Shown here in pieces: positions 17,046 to 29,838 of a stretch of 64,000 bases of DNA; position 1 is the first letter of the stretch; each line of letters begins with the position of its first letter. The notes beneath the pieces were generated by a model. It ran no database searches, had not been told where the DNA came from, and saw only the letters and a list, made by a program, of their open reading frames with translations. Both the position numbers and the translations under genes were made by a program. Source of the stretch: Octopus vulgaris (taxonomy: Eukaryota). Location of the stretch: NCBI GenBank assembly GCA_951406725.2, contig OX597830.1, positions 74,028,001 to 74,092,000 on the forward strand, in the 5' to 3' direction.

Positions 17046-17869
17046 GTGTGTGTCTATGTAGCTGCCTGCCTGTCCGTTTTGTCACCCTTTCTGTATATGT
17101 ATCTACGCGCGCGCGCGTGTTTGTGTGTGTGTGTGTGTGATTGTGTGTATGTGCGTGTGCTTATCTGCGTGTAGATGTATGTATACGATCATGATGTGTT
17201 CTGAGAAGGATGTATAAATACAGCAGTTTAAAATTTTTTTTTGTTTTGATATCGTGACGTCAATGTAGACTTTAAAATTAAATAGCTTACTTGCAATATG
17301 AATACGTTTACACAAGAACACTAGCTATTGTCAAATTACTCTAAACGACACACCGGCGGATATGTGGGATAACATGAGGTAACACATTTAATGTCCTACT
17401 TTTTTTATACATATAGTATCTTCTAATGCAATATCTCTTTTTTATATTGTCCGTTGAGTAAGATTGATGCATGTATAACTGGTTTAAATTATTGCTATAT
17501 TATTGCTTCTGAAGTAATATACCTTGCTGACATCTTTGTAATATGTATGATCCAGCAATATCACTATCCTCGGCTGAATCTTTTGTACCCATAATAACAG
17601 CAAAGGTGACATCAATTTGGTTAATTGCATCCTCGTTGCTCATTTATTCTATTTCGTTTAGATCCCTAATATCGATCTTTGGTTTTGGATCGTTTATATC
17701 GATCCTCTGGTACTAATATCAGATGTATAATGAGCAAAGTTCTCCCCTATCATACCAGTTCTACTTAAGGAAAGGATACTTATAATTATACGGTCCTATA
17801 CTCGCACACACACACACACACACACATACACACACACGTATACACACATATGCAAGCATATATGTATGT

Positions 17870-18171
17870 GGAGGCACATGGTCTAGTGGTTAGAGCAGCG
17901 GACTCGCGGTCGAGGTATCGCGGGTTCGAATCTCAGACCGGGCGATGTGTGTGTTTATGAGCGAAAAACCTAAGCTCCACGCGGCTCCGGCAGAAGGTAA
18001 TGGCGAACTTCTACTGACACTTTCGCCACAACTTTCTCCCACTCTTTCCTCCTGCATCTTGCAGCTCACCTGCGACGGACCGGCGTCCCGTCCAGGTGGG
18101 GAACCTATGCGCCAAGGAAATCGGGAAACCGGCCCTTATGAGCCAGGCATAGCTCGAGAAGGAACAAACAT
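17870..18171 (+). mobile_element. tRNA-derived SINE family C, tail type 1, with 13-bp TSD
   Basis: A box TGGTCTAGTGG, B box GGTTCGAATCT and an (AAAC) tail. TSD GCATATATGTATG at 17856-17868 and 18172-18184. Confidence 0.9.
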
Positions 18172-18185
18172 GCATATATGTATGC

Positions 18186-18302
<117 letters not shown>

Positions 18303-18804
18303 TATGTGTGCATATTATATATATATATGTTGTACTGTTTACACCATTGTATATGTCATCTGCGTTTGGATATATTTTATTTTTCCACTGCAGCAGCTTC
18401 CGTTTAGTTCTTCACTAAATTTGTCATGCTAGTATAGCATCAAATTTGTGCAGTGTTATTGTTGAATTATATCGTTTTAAAAACACGGAATTGTATTACG
18501 TAACGAAGTTCCTCTTGTGCCACGTCAGGCAAAAAGTAGGTAGAATGGTTACCGATGGAGATCGTTTGTGGAAACTAGAGCAAAAACACAGAGGGTAGAT
18601 TTATATAGTCACAAGACCTCCGAGAAATAGGAGCAAAAACTAATTCTTATCATATAAAATCGTCTGAAATTAGGGAGAGAGACATTTTTCGAGATATAAT
18701 GCCTGAAAAATCAAAAATATAAAGAACATGAAGATGATCAAGAGCATACGGATTATGACAATAAATCTACAGCTTTAGGACAGATAAATAGTTAAATAAT
18801 AATG

Positions 18805-19310
18805 AAGGTTTCAAATTCAGCATAGGATCAGCTAATTCAGGAGAGGGGCCAGTCTAATACATCGACCTAAGTGCATGGCTGTTACATAGTTTATCGATCC
18901 CGAAAAGGTGAAAGGCAAGTTTAGTAATAATGGAATCAAATTTTGGAACAAATCCAGTATTCTACGGGTACTTATTTTAACGACCCAGAGAAGATAAAAG
19001 GCAAACTGGACCTCGGTGGAATTTGAACTGAGGACGTAACAAGCCTGAAGAAATACTGCTAAGCATTTCGTCCAGCGTACTAACGATACTACCAGCTCGT
19101 ATCTTTTGACTATAGAAGAAGAATGGCTTCAAATGTTGGTACAAATCCAACAGATTTTGAGAGGAAGGGGAAGTCGGGTACATTAACCCCAGTACTTCAC
19201 TGGTACTTTTTTAACGATTCCAAAAGGATAAAAGGCAAAGCTGACCTCGACGGAAATTGAACTGAGAATTTAAAATGCTAAGTGTTATGTCCGGAGGGAT
19301 AACGGTACTG
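18805..19310 (-). mobile_element. Cluster of three degenerate SINE family A fragments
   Basis: The AAAGGCAAA..GACCTCG.CGGAATTTGAACT motif (reverse complement of the family A core) recurs at ~18910, ~19000 and ~19235. Confidence 0.75.
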
Positions 19311-19775
19311 CTATAGTACACTCGTGAGATACAATGTTGTAAACTGACTATTTTGTATTACTGCCACAAACCTTTTAATTAGATCGGTTTTGTGTTTGGT
19401 TTGCAAGATTTTGTGTGTTGAAACATATTTTGTTGCATCTTGGGTGAGTCATTTTGCTAGAAATAAACATACACGCTAGTTCTACTTCTACGTTTTTATC
19501 TGTCAATTGGTTAACTATTTAGACAAACCTAGAGCTGAACAGGAGTAGAGAGAATATATCATTCATTAGGTTGCGAATGGCGACGAACTGACTTTGACAA
19601 GCATAACTGATTGATTGTCCGAACGATTCATTAAGCAATTTCTTAGTTAATTGGTTAAATGGTTAACCAGTTGAATAATAAAAAATATATTGACATAGTA
19701 CCAATGCGTGAGCTCATTATGGGTGTAATTACATTCCAGATATCGAAGAGAATGGCATTATCATGTATGCAGGGG

Positions 19776-20368
19776 ATAGACAGCGAGCTGACGGAAACGT
19801 TAACACGCCGGGCGAAATGCGTAGCCGTATTTCGTTTGCCGTTGCGTTCTGAGTTCAAATTCCGCCGAGGTCGATTTTGCCTTTCATCCTTTCGGGGTCG
19901 ATTAAATAAGTACCGGCTACGCACTGGAGTCGATATAATCGACTTAATCCGTTTGCCTGTCCTTGTTTGTCCTCTCTATGTTTGAGCCCCTTGTGGGTAG
20001 TAATGAAATAGAAATAGGTATTTCGTCTGCTGCTACGTTCTGAGTTCAAATTCCGCCGAGGTCAACTTTGTCTTTTATCCTTTCGGGGTCAATAAATTAA
20101 GTACCAGCTACGCACTGGAGTCGATGTAATCGACTTAATCCGTTTGTCTGTCCTTGTCTGTCCTCTCTGTGCTTGACCCTTGTGGGTAGAAAAGAAATAG
20201 GTATTCCGTCTGTCTTTACGTTCTGAGTTCAAATTCCGCCGAGGTCGACGTTGCCTTTCATTCTTTCGGGGTCGATAAATTAAGTAATAGTCGCGTACTG
20301 GGGTCGATCTAGCTGACTGTGCCCCTCCCCCAAAATTTCAGGCCTTGTGCCTAGAGTAGAAAAGATTA
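19776..20368 (+). mobile_element. SINE family A tandem trimer
   Basis: The GTTCTGAGTTCAAATTCCGCCGAGGTC module starts at 19846, 20037 and 20220. There is one head, and the last unit ends in the short CCCCTCCCCCAAAATTTCAGGCCTTGTGCCTAGAGTAGAAAAG tail. Confidence 0.9.
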
Positions 20369-20726
20369 TCTGTATGTAGGGGAAAAGTAGAACCTGCGCC
20401 ACATTAGTCCCTGGCACAGTTCTTTTTCCTCACAGATACAACCTTGCATTCGTGCCCGAAAATTTTAGAATGAACATCATTCCTAACAATCTGTACAGAA
20501 TAGATAAAACCTGGGAAGACCATTGCTGATAGTTTGCTGCCTTTCAGTGATTCATTTAACACTATGCATTGGTTTTCCTTTAAACATTTTTAAATGATAA
20601 CATAGCTGAGACCACTTCTAATTATGTGTTCAAATCTTGGGATGACATTATACGTCATAGTGCATATACAGAAACACTCAGACACACACGCACGCACGAA
20701 TGCACGCATGCACGCACACACACACA

Positions 20727-20795
<69 letters not shown>

Positions 20796-20984
20796 TGGTG
20801 TGTATGTATGCATATAAATATTTACGAATGTACATATGTATGTATACAAAATTGCATTTGGTATATATATATATATATACACAGTTAATCCAAACATGAA
20901 AACACAAAGAGAAAACACAACAAAGCGAGGACGTGGAACAAATATAGTATTATTGGACGCTCAGAAAGGAAGGGAAGAAGGTGG

Positions 20985-21019
20985 GTTTAACGTTTCGAGC
21001 GGAGCTCTTCGTCAGAAAC
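20985..21019 (-). ncRNA. Minimal type I hammerhead ribozyme motif within a Penelope-like terminal fragment (~20895-21105)
   Basis: Minus strand: GUUU-CUGACGA-A-GAGC(UCC)GCUC-GAA-ACGU-U-AAAC. Stem I is 4 bp, stem II is 4 bp and stem III is the palindrome ACGU. Confidence 0.7.
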
Positions 21020-21271
21020 GTAAGAAACGGAAAGATCCAGAGATGGGAAGACGGAGGAAAAATAATCGCCAACGGTACACACGCGGTCACATTTTGAATG
21101 ACCGAAAGGGAATGAGTGAAGTAAAAGTTCTTTCAAAGACAGGAGAATGCAAGAAGAGGTATGTGTGTGTAAGTGTGGATATGTGCGTGCGAGAAGGTCT
21201 TTGTGTGCGTGTGTGTGTATGTGTGTATGTGTGCAATGATAGCATATGTGTGTGTGTGTGCGTGCGTGACT

Positions 21272-21685
21272 GTATGGTAAGAAACTTGCATCCTAGTCAC
21301 ATAATTTCGGGTTTAGTCACACTGGGTGTCACTGTCGGCTATTTCCACTATAACTTCTGTTGACTATAGCCTTGAGAATGGATTTGTTTAACGAAAACTG
21401 AAAAAAACCCCTCGGAGTATATATATATGTCTCTGTGTGTTCGTTTGAGAGTGTCTTTGTGTCTGTGGTTGTCCCCGACCATCACTTGACAACCGGTGTT
21501 AGTGTGTTTACGTCTCCGTAACATAGCTGTTCGGCAAAGAAGCCCGATAGAATAAGTACCAGGCTTAAAATATATATATATAAATACTGGAGCTGATTTG
21601 TTCCGCTGAATTTCCCCAAGATAGTACCCCTCCCCCGACATGGCTAAACTCTAAGGGGCTGAAACAAGAAATGGTTAAAAGATGA
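21272..21685 (+). mobile_element. SINE family B, diverged copy
   Basis: Shares CTTGACAACCG.TG.T.GTGTGTTTACGTC.CCGTAAC...GGCAAA...CCGATAGAATAAGTAC and GACTGAAACAAG-like blocks with other family B copies. Confidence 0.8.
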
Positions 21686-22173
21686 AAGACATACATATGT
21701 ACAAAGATAAATATCCATACTCCCACGCAAACATGTTTATGGAAGAAAAATCCTTTGTGTCTACTGCTGTATTCTCTGTAATATGTGTGTGTTGGTAAGC
21801 GTGTATGTGTGTGTGTGTGTCCAGATGTGTCCACTCGTGGGTATGTTTGTGAAAGTGTATGCGTGTGTATTTATGTGCTATATGTATATATATATATTAG
21901 TTCAATTATACTTCCCGCGCACTTTATTTTATGTATTTGCCTAATATGAAATAATTATGAATGTGTTAATATTTATGCGTAAATATTTGATTTATATGTC
22001 CGATATTACACCTTCATCATATTGACCTAGAGGGTACTAATCGATATTTAACACTAATAATACTTGCCACTGGGGAAACAAATGATGTTCTTGTGTCATT
22101 ATATCATTTTATCGATGTGACAGATACGAACAATCCACACATGTACATGTGTATCTATATGTGTGTGGGTATA

Positions 22174-22226
<53 letters not shown>

Positions 22227-22425
22227 TAGATATATTTGAATATATGTGAGTATATATGTATTACATACACATACGCATACATATATTGATATGTTGCTAT
22301 GTATATATGTATGTGTGTATGTACGTATGTATGTATAGACAGAGAGATCGATAAATAAATTTATAGATAGACAGACATCAGACAGACAGATAGATAGATT
22401 AATAGACAAATAGATAAAATGACGT

Positions 22426-22486
<61 letters not shown>

Positions 22487-23099
22487 ATGTGTACATATAT
22501 CAATATTTATTTATGTATCGGCCTTATTGATCTATCTATATATCTACCTATTTATGTATTTATTTATGTTTGTATGTATGGGAGATTTATGTGTATATTA
22601 TGTGTATATGAATGTGAGAATGCGTGTCGGAATGTGCAATATATGTAATACTCTGTGTACGTATTATTTGATTTACTTTTATATTGTGTAAATAATGACA
22701 TACTAAATCGAAACCGAACTTTAGAGAAATCCAGTTTATTACTCTATTTGCAATTTAATTTGATTATTTAATTTCAAATAATCTCTTCCTTCCGCTATTG
22801 ATAAGCCACCCACAATGGATTTTTTTCTAGCCTAGAACCCAAGCTTGAATGCATTCTGGGAGCGGGTGGGTGTGTTTTGCTCGGATATCCTTGCGAATAT
22901 TCTTTGATCTGATCTTGTGTTTGAAAATGGGACGATTTCAGGGTGCATTTGAGAACTTCAAGGGTATGATCTCAGAGATGAAATCCAGAGAACAGAGAGC
23001 AAGAAAAGTGCTTTGGTGATCTGTAACGAATAAAGCATTTCTCCACATACATACATACATACGTACATACATACATACATACATACATACATACATACA

Positions 23100-23131
<32 letters not shown>

Positions 23132-23323
23132 GATATACATACATAAGCATTATATACATAACACATACGTACGTTCATACACAGATGCATAGAAAAGCGC
23201 GCACGCAAGCCACACATACACACATACACGTACTCACCCACACACGCAGGCACGCACACACATGCATGCATGTATATATGTACGATTGTATACATGTATA
23301 CATAGGCACAGGCGTATCTGTGT

Positions 23324-23700
23324 AGTAAGAAGTTCACGTCCCAACCATTTGGTTCTAGGTTCAGTCCCACTGTTGAGGCATCTTACGCAAATGTTTCCTA
23401 CTATAGCCTCGGGCCGACCAAGGCCTTCTGAGTGGACGGAAACTGTAAGAAGCCCATCATGTATATACATATATGTATTTTTAGGTATGTGTATGTATCT
23501 GAGTCTGTGTTTGTATTCCCACCATTGTTCGACAACCGATGATGATGTGTTTATGTACCAAAAATTTGCGTTTCGGCAAAAGACACCGATAGATTAAGTT
23601 CTAGACCTACAAAGAATATGTCCTTGGGTCGATTTGTTCGACTATAGGCGGTGCTCCAGCATGGCTGCAGTTAAATGACTGAAACAAGTAAAAGAATAAA
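23324..23700 (+). mobile_element. SINE family B copy
   Basis: tRNA-like head GGTTCAGTCCCACTG, CTACTATAGCCTCGGGCCGACC, an internal TA/TG tract, and tail GGCGGTGCTCCAGCATGG..CAGTTAAATGACTGAAACAAGTAAAAG. Confidence 0.85.
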
Positions 23701-23989
23701 GATTGATAAAGCGAGTATATATATATATTTATATACACATATATATGATATATATTTATGCGAATGTTGATATACACATATACACCACACATTTATAGGG
23801 GTATGTATGTAAGCATGCACATATGAATAAATACATACATACATACATACATATATACGTACATAACGCTATATATTCCCGGTATGTCTTTTCCTTTTTT
23901 CTATCTGTCTGTATGTTTATATATTATATCACCATATGTTTACATAGCTGTATACCTGTGTATGTCTATATATATATATATATATATAC

Positions 23990-24215
23990 TAAGGGTATTT
24001 CTATACATAAATGCCTCACGCTAGGAGGGACTCTTAAAGTCAAAACTTCCATAATAAACACATTTATATATCATATGATATGCAGCTGGATCTGTTTTTA
24101 AAAGGCTCGCCTCGAGAGTTGCATTCCCTCCGATCGATACAATGTATTTATTATGGAAGTTTTGACTTTAAGAGTCCCTTCTAGTGTGAGGCATTTATGT
24201 ATAGAAATGCCCTTA
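23990..24215. repeat. Inverted repeat, 75-bp arms, 76-bp spacer
   Basis: 23990-24064 against the reverse complement of 24141-24215 shows 4 mismatches, all transitions. Confidence 0.92.
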
Positions 24216-24325
24216 ATATTAATAAATATATCGAAAGGCAATAATTAATCAATTTTTCCCTATGAGGTTTTTCACGCTAACTACTTGATAACTTCTTATA
24301 AAGATTTTATCCTATTTTAAAATTG

Positions 24326-24367
<42 letters not shown>

Positions 24368-24910
24368 TGATACGTATATACACGCATACATATACACACA
24401 TACACCAGTGTCGGTAATGAAAATTAACAATGAAGCAGGTTGAAGAAAGGCTAAACTCATTGACACGACAATTGAATATTCGATTTCACCAGCACGTCAA
24501 TTGTCTACCAAATACTTCGACGATCAAATTTCTCGTGAGGGAGTGGAATCAGATACACTTGTATATTCAAGATATATATGTGTGTGTGTGTGTATAGACA
24601 TATACACCCAGTGACATTTACTTGGAATTTGTACCTAGTATCACTTCGGCATTATGCATGACATAGCCCGATCCCCCATTCAGTGGTCCAATGGTTTGCT
24701 AGAAATAGAAGCTAAATTTCCTACGAATGACCTTCACCTCTGACAAAGGTATATTGGATAAGGTGGTGCAGTATTATCTTAAGGAACGAAATAGACCGTG
24801 TGGTCACAAGTAGAGAATTTTGGCTTCATGTCTGATCGATAAGTACTCATTTGGGGATTGAATATCATTATTGTCAATAATTACACATCATATCAGCAAT
24901 GCACTACATT

Positions 24911-25089
24911 TCTAGATTTAAGAGATGAGGAATGATGTACATTATTTATATTATTTACATTCAATGGATATTTGTCATCTTGTTTGTTGTTAACATGACG
25001 TTTCGACTGTTATACCATCAAGCCTTCTTCAGGTGTCTTGGGGAAATTTCGAACCTGGGTTCTCATTCCTAAGGTATGTTTCGATGTTA

Positions 25090-25163
<74 letters not shown>

Positions 25164-25309
25164 CATTATTATTATTATTATTATTGGTGGTGTTCAGATC
25201 ACTGTTTGGAATCGAACTCGGAATCTTGGGGTTAGTAGCCCGCGCTCTTAACCACTACACCATATGCCCACGGTCATATGGCGTATTGGTCGAATGTAAA
25301 TAATGTACA
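24911..25309 (-). mobile_element. tRNA-headed SINE-like element carrying a hammerhead ribozyme motif
   Basis: On the minus strand it has a head from 25269 with A box TGGTGTAGTGG and B box GAGTTCGATTCC, then an (AAT)n tract, then GACAC-CUGAAGA-AGGCU...AGUC-GAAACGUC-AUGUU (25037-24992). An inverted partial copy of the head lies at 25272-25290. Confidence 0.75.
24992..25037 (-). ncRNA. Minimal type I hammerhead ribozyme motif
   Basis: CUGAAGA core, stem II GGCU/AGUC, GAA-ACGU-C (GUC triplet), and stem I GACAC/AUGUU with one mismatch next to the cleavage site. Confidence 0.65.
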
Positions 25310-25363
25310 AAATTTTGTTGCAAACAATTATAATGATTTTAAATACAGAAAATCGCCCATCTC

Positions 25364-25419
<56 letters not shown>

Positions 25420-25458
25420 GAAAGAAGGTTTGAAAATGCAACTTAAAAGATATTTTAT

Positions 25459-25503
25459 TTACTTTACCGGTTTCACTCTTTGGAAAAAGATTGTCAAAAG
25501 TAA
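25459..25503 (-). ncRNA. Hammerhead motif, U3-A8 core variant
   Basis: Minus strand: UUACUU-UUGACAA-UCUUU(UUCC)AAAGA-GU-GAA-ACCGGU-A-AAGUAA. Stem I is 6 bp, stem II is 5 bp, stem III is palindromic, the triplet is GUA, and there are 2 extra nt before GAAA. Confidence 0.6.
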
Positions 25504-25547
25504 CATGTAGAAGTTTGGTTGCGTTAATTATTGGTTGCTGCAAATTG

Positions 25548-25935
25548 CTCCATTACATATATACAGTCTTTGGTAACAGGGACATGTTAAGGACATAAAA
25601 AAGTTCAACAGGTTCTTTAAAATATTGGGCACAAAAGATTACTACATAATTAATCGTTCTCAAGGACATGCTTAAGATAGTTTTCAGAAGGAATTGATAT
25701 TGGTATTGTATCTGTATGTTCAAACATGCACGGAATATTGGTTGACACAGAGTACTATGATCCATATAAATATACATTCTTTGGTGACAAGAGTATGTTG
25801 AGAATATAAAAAAGTTTAACAAACTCATTGAAATAATGGGCACAAAAGATCACAACAAATATATTATACATCTCAAGATAATTTCCAGGAGGAATTATTA
25901 AAAAAGTTCAGTATACACGTACAGAATATTATGAG
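25548..25935. repeat. Diverged tandem duplication, period ~213 bp
   Basis: TCCAT..ATATACA.TCTTTGGT.ACA.G...ATGTT.AG..ATAAAAAAGTT.AACA...AAATA.TGGGCACAAAAGAT occurs at ~25549 and ~25761. Confidence 0.75.
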
Positions 25936-25998
25936 TTCAAAAAGATTTACATTATAATAGTGGTGAAGCTAAAACTGACCTGTCCGTTTTAGGAGGAG

Positions 25999-26046
<48 letters not shown>

Positions 26047-26312
26047 CGCACATTCTCTACGTATTGGTCTGATCAATTCACTGTCTTTCTACCATCTGTG
26101 TATGTGTATGATGAAGGTTGTTTCAGCACAATGAATCTGAAGAAATATTCACTGGTTCACAGAACTTGCTAAGTACTTTCAGGAATGTGCATTAAGCAGA
26201 CGATCGTGGTACCAAAATTAGACGGAACATCAGATGTAATTCATAAAATGTTCTCGCAAAACATCAAAAAGCAGCATATCAACAAAACCTCAAAGAGCTA
26301 ACGACATCTGTC

Positions 26313-26447
<135 letters not shown>

Positions 26448-26647
26448 ATCTATCTATCTATCTATCTATCTATATATATATATATATATATTTGTCTGTC
26501 TATCTCTTTGCCGCTCTCTCCCTCCCCCCTGTCTCTCTTTCTATATATACATATATGTAATGTATGTATATTTGTATACATTCATAAATGCATACATATA
26601 AATGAACTTATTTAATCTATCTATCTATCTCTTTATCTATCTATGTA

Positions 26648-26683
<36 letters not shown>

Positions 26684-26684
<1 letters not shown>

Positions 26685-26759
26685 TTTATTTAAAAGCAGC
26701 AGAAATTTAACAAAGGCTGTTATTCGCAGTTTCACGTTCCAGTTCGTCGAACAGTTTTG

Positions 26760-26762
<3 letters not shown>
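26684..26762 (-). mobile_element. Short Penelope-like terminal remnant with decayed hammerhead-like motif, inserted in (TA)n
   Basis: Minus strand CUGU-UCGACGA-ACUGGAACGU-GAAACUGCGAAU-A-ACAG (26754-26717), followed by AAATAAAG and flanked by (TA)n on both sides. Confidence 0.4.
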
Positions 26763-26797
<35 letters not shown>

Positions 26798-27006
26798 GAC
26801 TAACAACGAGGTACTGGTGTCCATTACGACCGTTTCTAACGACTCTTTTAATTGATTACTGAAAACATTGCATCGTTGTATAGGAACCTTTTTATGTCAG
26901 ATGAAATTACGAACTTCAGACTAAAGGATGTTCAGAACTATTTAACATAGTTTAAAATCTTCGGACCAAAAAGACGTATACATATACATGTGTGTGTGTG
27001 TATACA

Positions 27007-27066
<60 letters not shown>

Positions 27067-27279
27067 GATAGATATAGACATACATACACACACACATATG
27101 CATAAATATATACCCAACGAGGTTTACGATTTGATATCTAGCAGTTTGCACATGACAACGAAGTGGTTACCTCATAGATTAGGAAGTGATCATACTCGTA
27201 ATGTGGCTTTTTTTTTGTCCATCGCAGAAACGCGAATTGTGATCAAATGCACCTACCCCTTCCTTCCCTTCATTTGCTC

Positions 27280-27328
<49 letters not shown>

Positions 27329-27466
27329 GATACATACATACATATATATATATATGCATATCTACATATATATATAAACACATATGTATATATACATATA
27401 TACATACCTACATACATACATTCATGCATATATATATATATATACATATACATATACGCACATGCA

Positions 27467-27547
<81 letters not shown>

Positions 27548-27974
27548 GTATGTATGTGTGCGTGTGTATGTGTGTGCGTGTGTATCCTCGTATTTTAATA
27601 TTCATTAAAATGGCGACGGGCGTTCATTTGATCTTCGTACGGTTCTAGTTTTGTAATGACATGAATATATGTAGGAAATATTTAGACTACCTCTTTCTTT
27701 CTTCCTTTCAACTACATTAACCTTTATTCAACGATGAAACACACAACAATGCAGCAATGACAACAAAAATATCATCATCATCATCATCATCGTCATCACC
27801 AACAACAACAAGAACAAGTGAAACGACGAAATATCTCGACAGATATTTACATTCATTAAGGGATAAAATATTCGCCTCAGCCACGTTACAATGGCTGATT
27901 TCGAAGAATTTAGAGACCATTTTTGTTCTCATTATCTAACCACTTAGAATTTTCAGTGGTCAAACAGAGGGAGA

Positions 27975-28150
27975 GAGTGAAAGAGCCTCTACGTGGTTTG
28001 TCATCCTGCTAAAAACTGCAGCTCCTCTCCCTCAAAATACACCCATAGTGTTTTCATTAAAAAGGGAAACGCTGATAATGTAGTCCTACATAACGCCTAT
28101 CTTTGACCATACTTAAACGATTTTCTAAATCAAGGTTACCCTAGGGCGCA
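27975..28150 (+). mobile_element. Old interspersed repeat family D (SINE-like), representative copy
   Basis: A CTGCTAGAAATAGCAGCCAAAT.TCCCT-like motif recurs at ~24698, ~28006, ~34373, ~35728 and ~55138. A similar tail ending CTAAACA(CAA)n occurs at 1-163. Confidence 0.55.
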
Positions 28151-28887
28151 GGAAGAAGAGTATCAGCGTCGACCAGCATTGTGTTTAAAGTCTGCCGTCT
28201 GGACATGCGGCTAGCAATTTGAGCATGCTCTCTCGTTAAGTCTCTGCAGTTCCGACGCCTCGAGATAAATATATTCCAAATTATACAAGGTATTTATAAG
28301 CGATTTCAAATACATTGAAATACAAGCGATTTCAAATACATTTATATATCATGATCGAAAAAGAAGGTATACAAAATATAGCAACTCGTAATTCTATTTG
28401 TCGAACTATCTTTATATCAATATGATTTCGCAATTTCTTTCTTAAACCGAGGCTGTATCGTAAAACACTTATTCAAAATGCGACGCAATAGGATTGAACG
28501 CGTGACCTGAAGATTGGGTGCAGAATTTGCCATTAAGTTTTTTTTCGATTATGTTACAAGTGTATGAACTTAGTCATCACTATTCAGTAATTAAAAGTGT
28601 TTGATAGTCACTTGCAAGGATTTATTTGTACGAGTAATTAAAGAATTAGAATGTTCAAAAGATCAAAGAAACAGTTGATAAAGTTGAATGAGAATTGTTT
28701 TGAAATTACTGCTACATCAGTAAACTATGTGGGTACAAAACCCTGTAAATAACCAAAAGGGAAATATCCTTGTAGCCTTCATCAGTTGGATCACTTGGGT
28801 TAGCATTATAATGCAAACTGATTACCAATACGATAGATTACCAATGAAAGCCATATTTTAATCGTTTATAATGTATTGAAATGGTTA

Positions 28888-29101
28888 AAGATGGCGAACT
28901 GCCAGAATCGTTAGCTCGTCGGGGCAAGATGCTTAGCAGCATTTCGCCCGTCCTTAAGTTTTTAGTTCAAATTACGCCGATGTCGACTTTGCCTTTCATC
29001 CTTTCGAGGTCTATAAAATAAGTACCAGGTGAGCTTTGTGGTCAATGTAATCGACGAACCCCCACCCACTCCCAAATAGCTGGCCTAGGGCCAAAATTTG
29101 T
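28888..29101 (+). mobile_element. SINE family A copy
   Basis: Head, core and short tail as in the other copies, directly followed by a family B insertion. Confidence 0.85.
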
Positions 29102-29108
29102 AACCTAA

Positions 29109-29503
29109 GTAGGAATGGCTGTGTGGTAAGTAGCTTGCTTACCAACCACATGGTTTCGGGTTCAGTCCCACTGCGTGGCACCTTGGGCAAGTGTCTTCTA
29201 CTATAGCCTCGGGCCAACCAAAGCCTTGTGAGTGGATTTGGTAGACGGAAACTGAAAGAAGCCCGTCATATATGTGTATATATATATATGTGTGTGTGTG
29301 TTTGTATGTCTGTGTTTGTCCCCCCAACATCGCTTGACAACCGATGCTGGTGTGTTTACGTCTCCGTAACTTAGAGGTTCAGCAAAATAGACTGATAGAA
29401 TAAGTGCTAGGCTTACAAAAAATAAGTCCTGGAGTCGATTTGCTCGGCTAAAGGCGGTGCTCCATCATGGTCACAGTCAAATGACTGAAACCAGTAAAAG
29501 AGT
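29109..29503 (+). mobile_element. SINE family B (CORE-like tRNA SINE), full length
   Basis: TGGCTGTGTGGTAAG A-box-like and GGTTCAGTCCC B-box-like motifs. GTGGCACCTTGGGCAAGTGTCTT resembles the CORE-SINE GTGACCTTGGGCAAGT motif. It also has an internal microsatellite and the family tail. Confidence 0.9.
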
Positions 29504-29644
29504 AAGTATTGAAATGGTTAGAATAACCTGAAAATAGTTTACCAGTTTTGATATTAGTCTTTTGTAAAAATAAAATCCGGATTATTTTCATTTTCACTCA
29601 TCTGAACATGAAAACTACCGAAATCGCTAAATTCATTTTAAAAT

Positions 29645-29838
29645 GGTTTCAAACTTTGGCACTAGGCCAGCAGTTTCGGAAAAGGGGACGCGTTGATTAC
29701 ATCGATCCCAGTGTTCAATTGGTACTTTATTTTATCGACTTCGATAGGATGAGTTTCAAAGTAGACCTTGGCGAAATTTGAACTCAGGACGTAAAGACGG
29801 ACGAAATGCCGCCGAGCATGATGCCAACTTGCCACCTT
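29645..29838 (-). mobile_element. SINE family A copy
   Basis: Reverse complement of the core and tail (ATCGATCCCAGTG..GGTACTTTATTTTATCGAC..GGATG..AAAGTAGACCTTGGCGAAATTTGAACTCAG). Confidence 0.8.

Noticed and set aside
17870-17945. tRNA-like sequences at SINE heads (also 25196-25269, 32345-32416, 48652-48725)
   Set aside because: They have A/B boxes but no complete cloverleaf and run on into SINE bodies, so they are not tRNA genes.
19846-20368. Regularly spaced repeats suggesting a CRISPR-like array
   Set aside because: The intervening sequences are themselves homologous SINE modules, the context is eukaryotic and there are no cas genes.
22686-23045. Possible solo LTR (TG...AATAAA...CA)
   Set aside because: No TSD or second copy could be identified, so the evidence is too weak.
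28298-28342. 19-bp direct repeat with 26-bp period
   Set aside because: An ordinary local slippage duplication.
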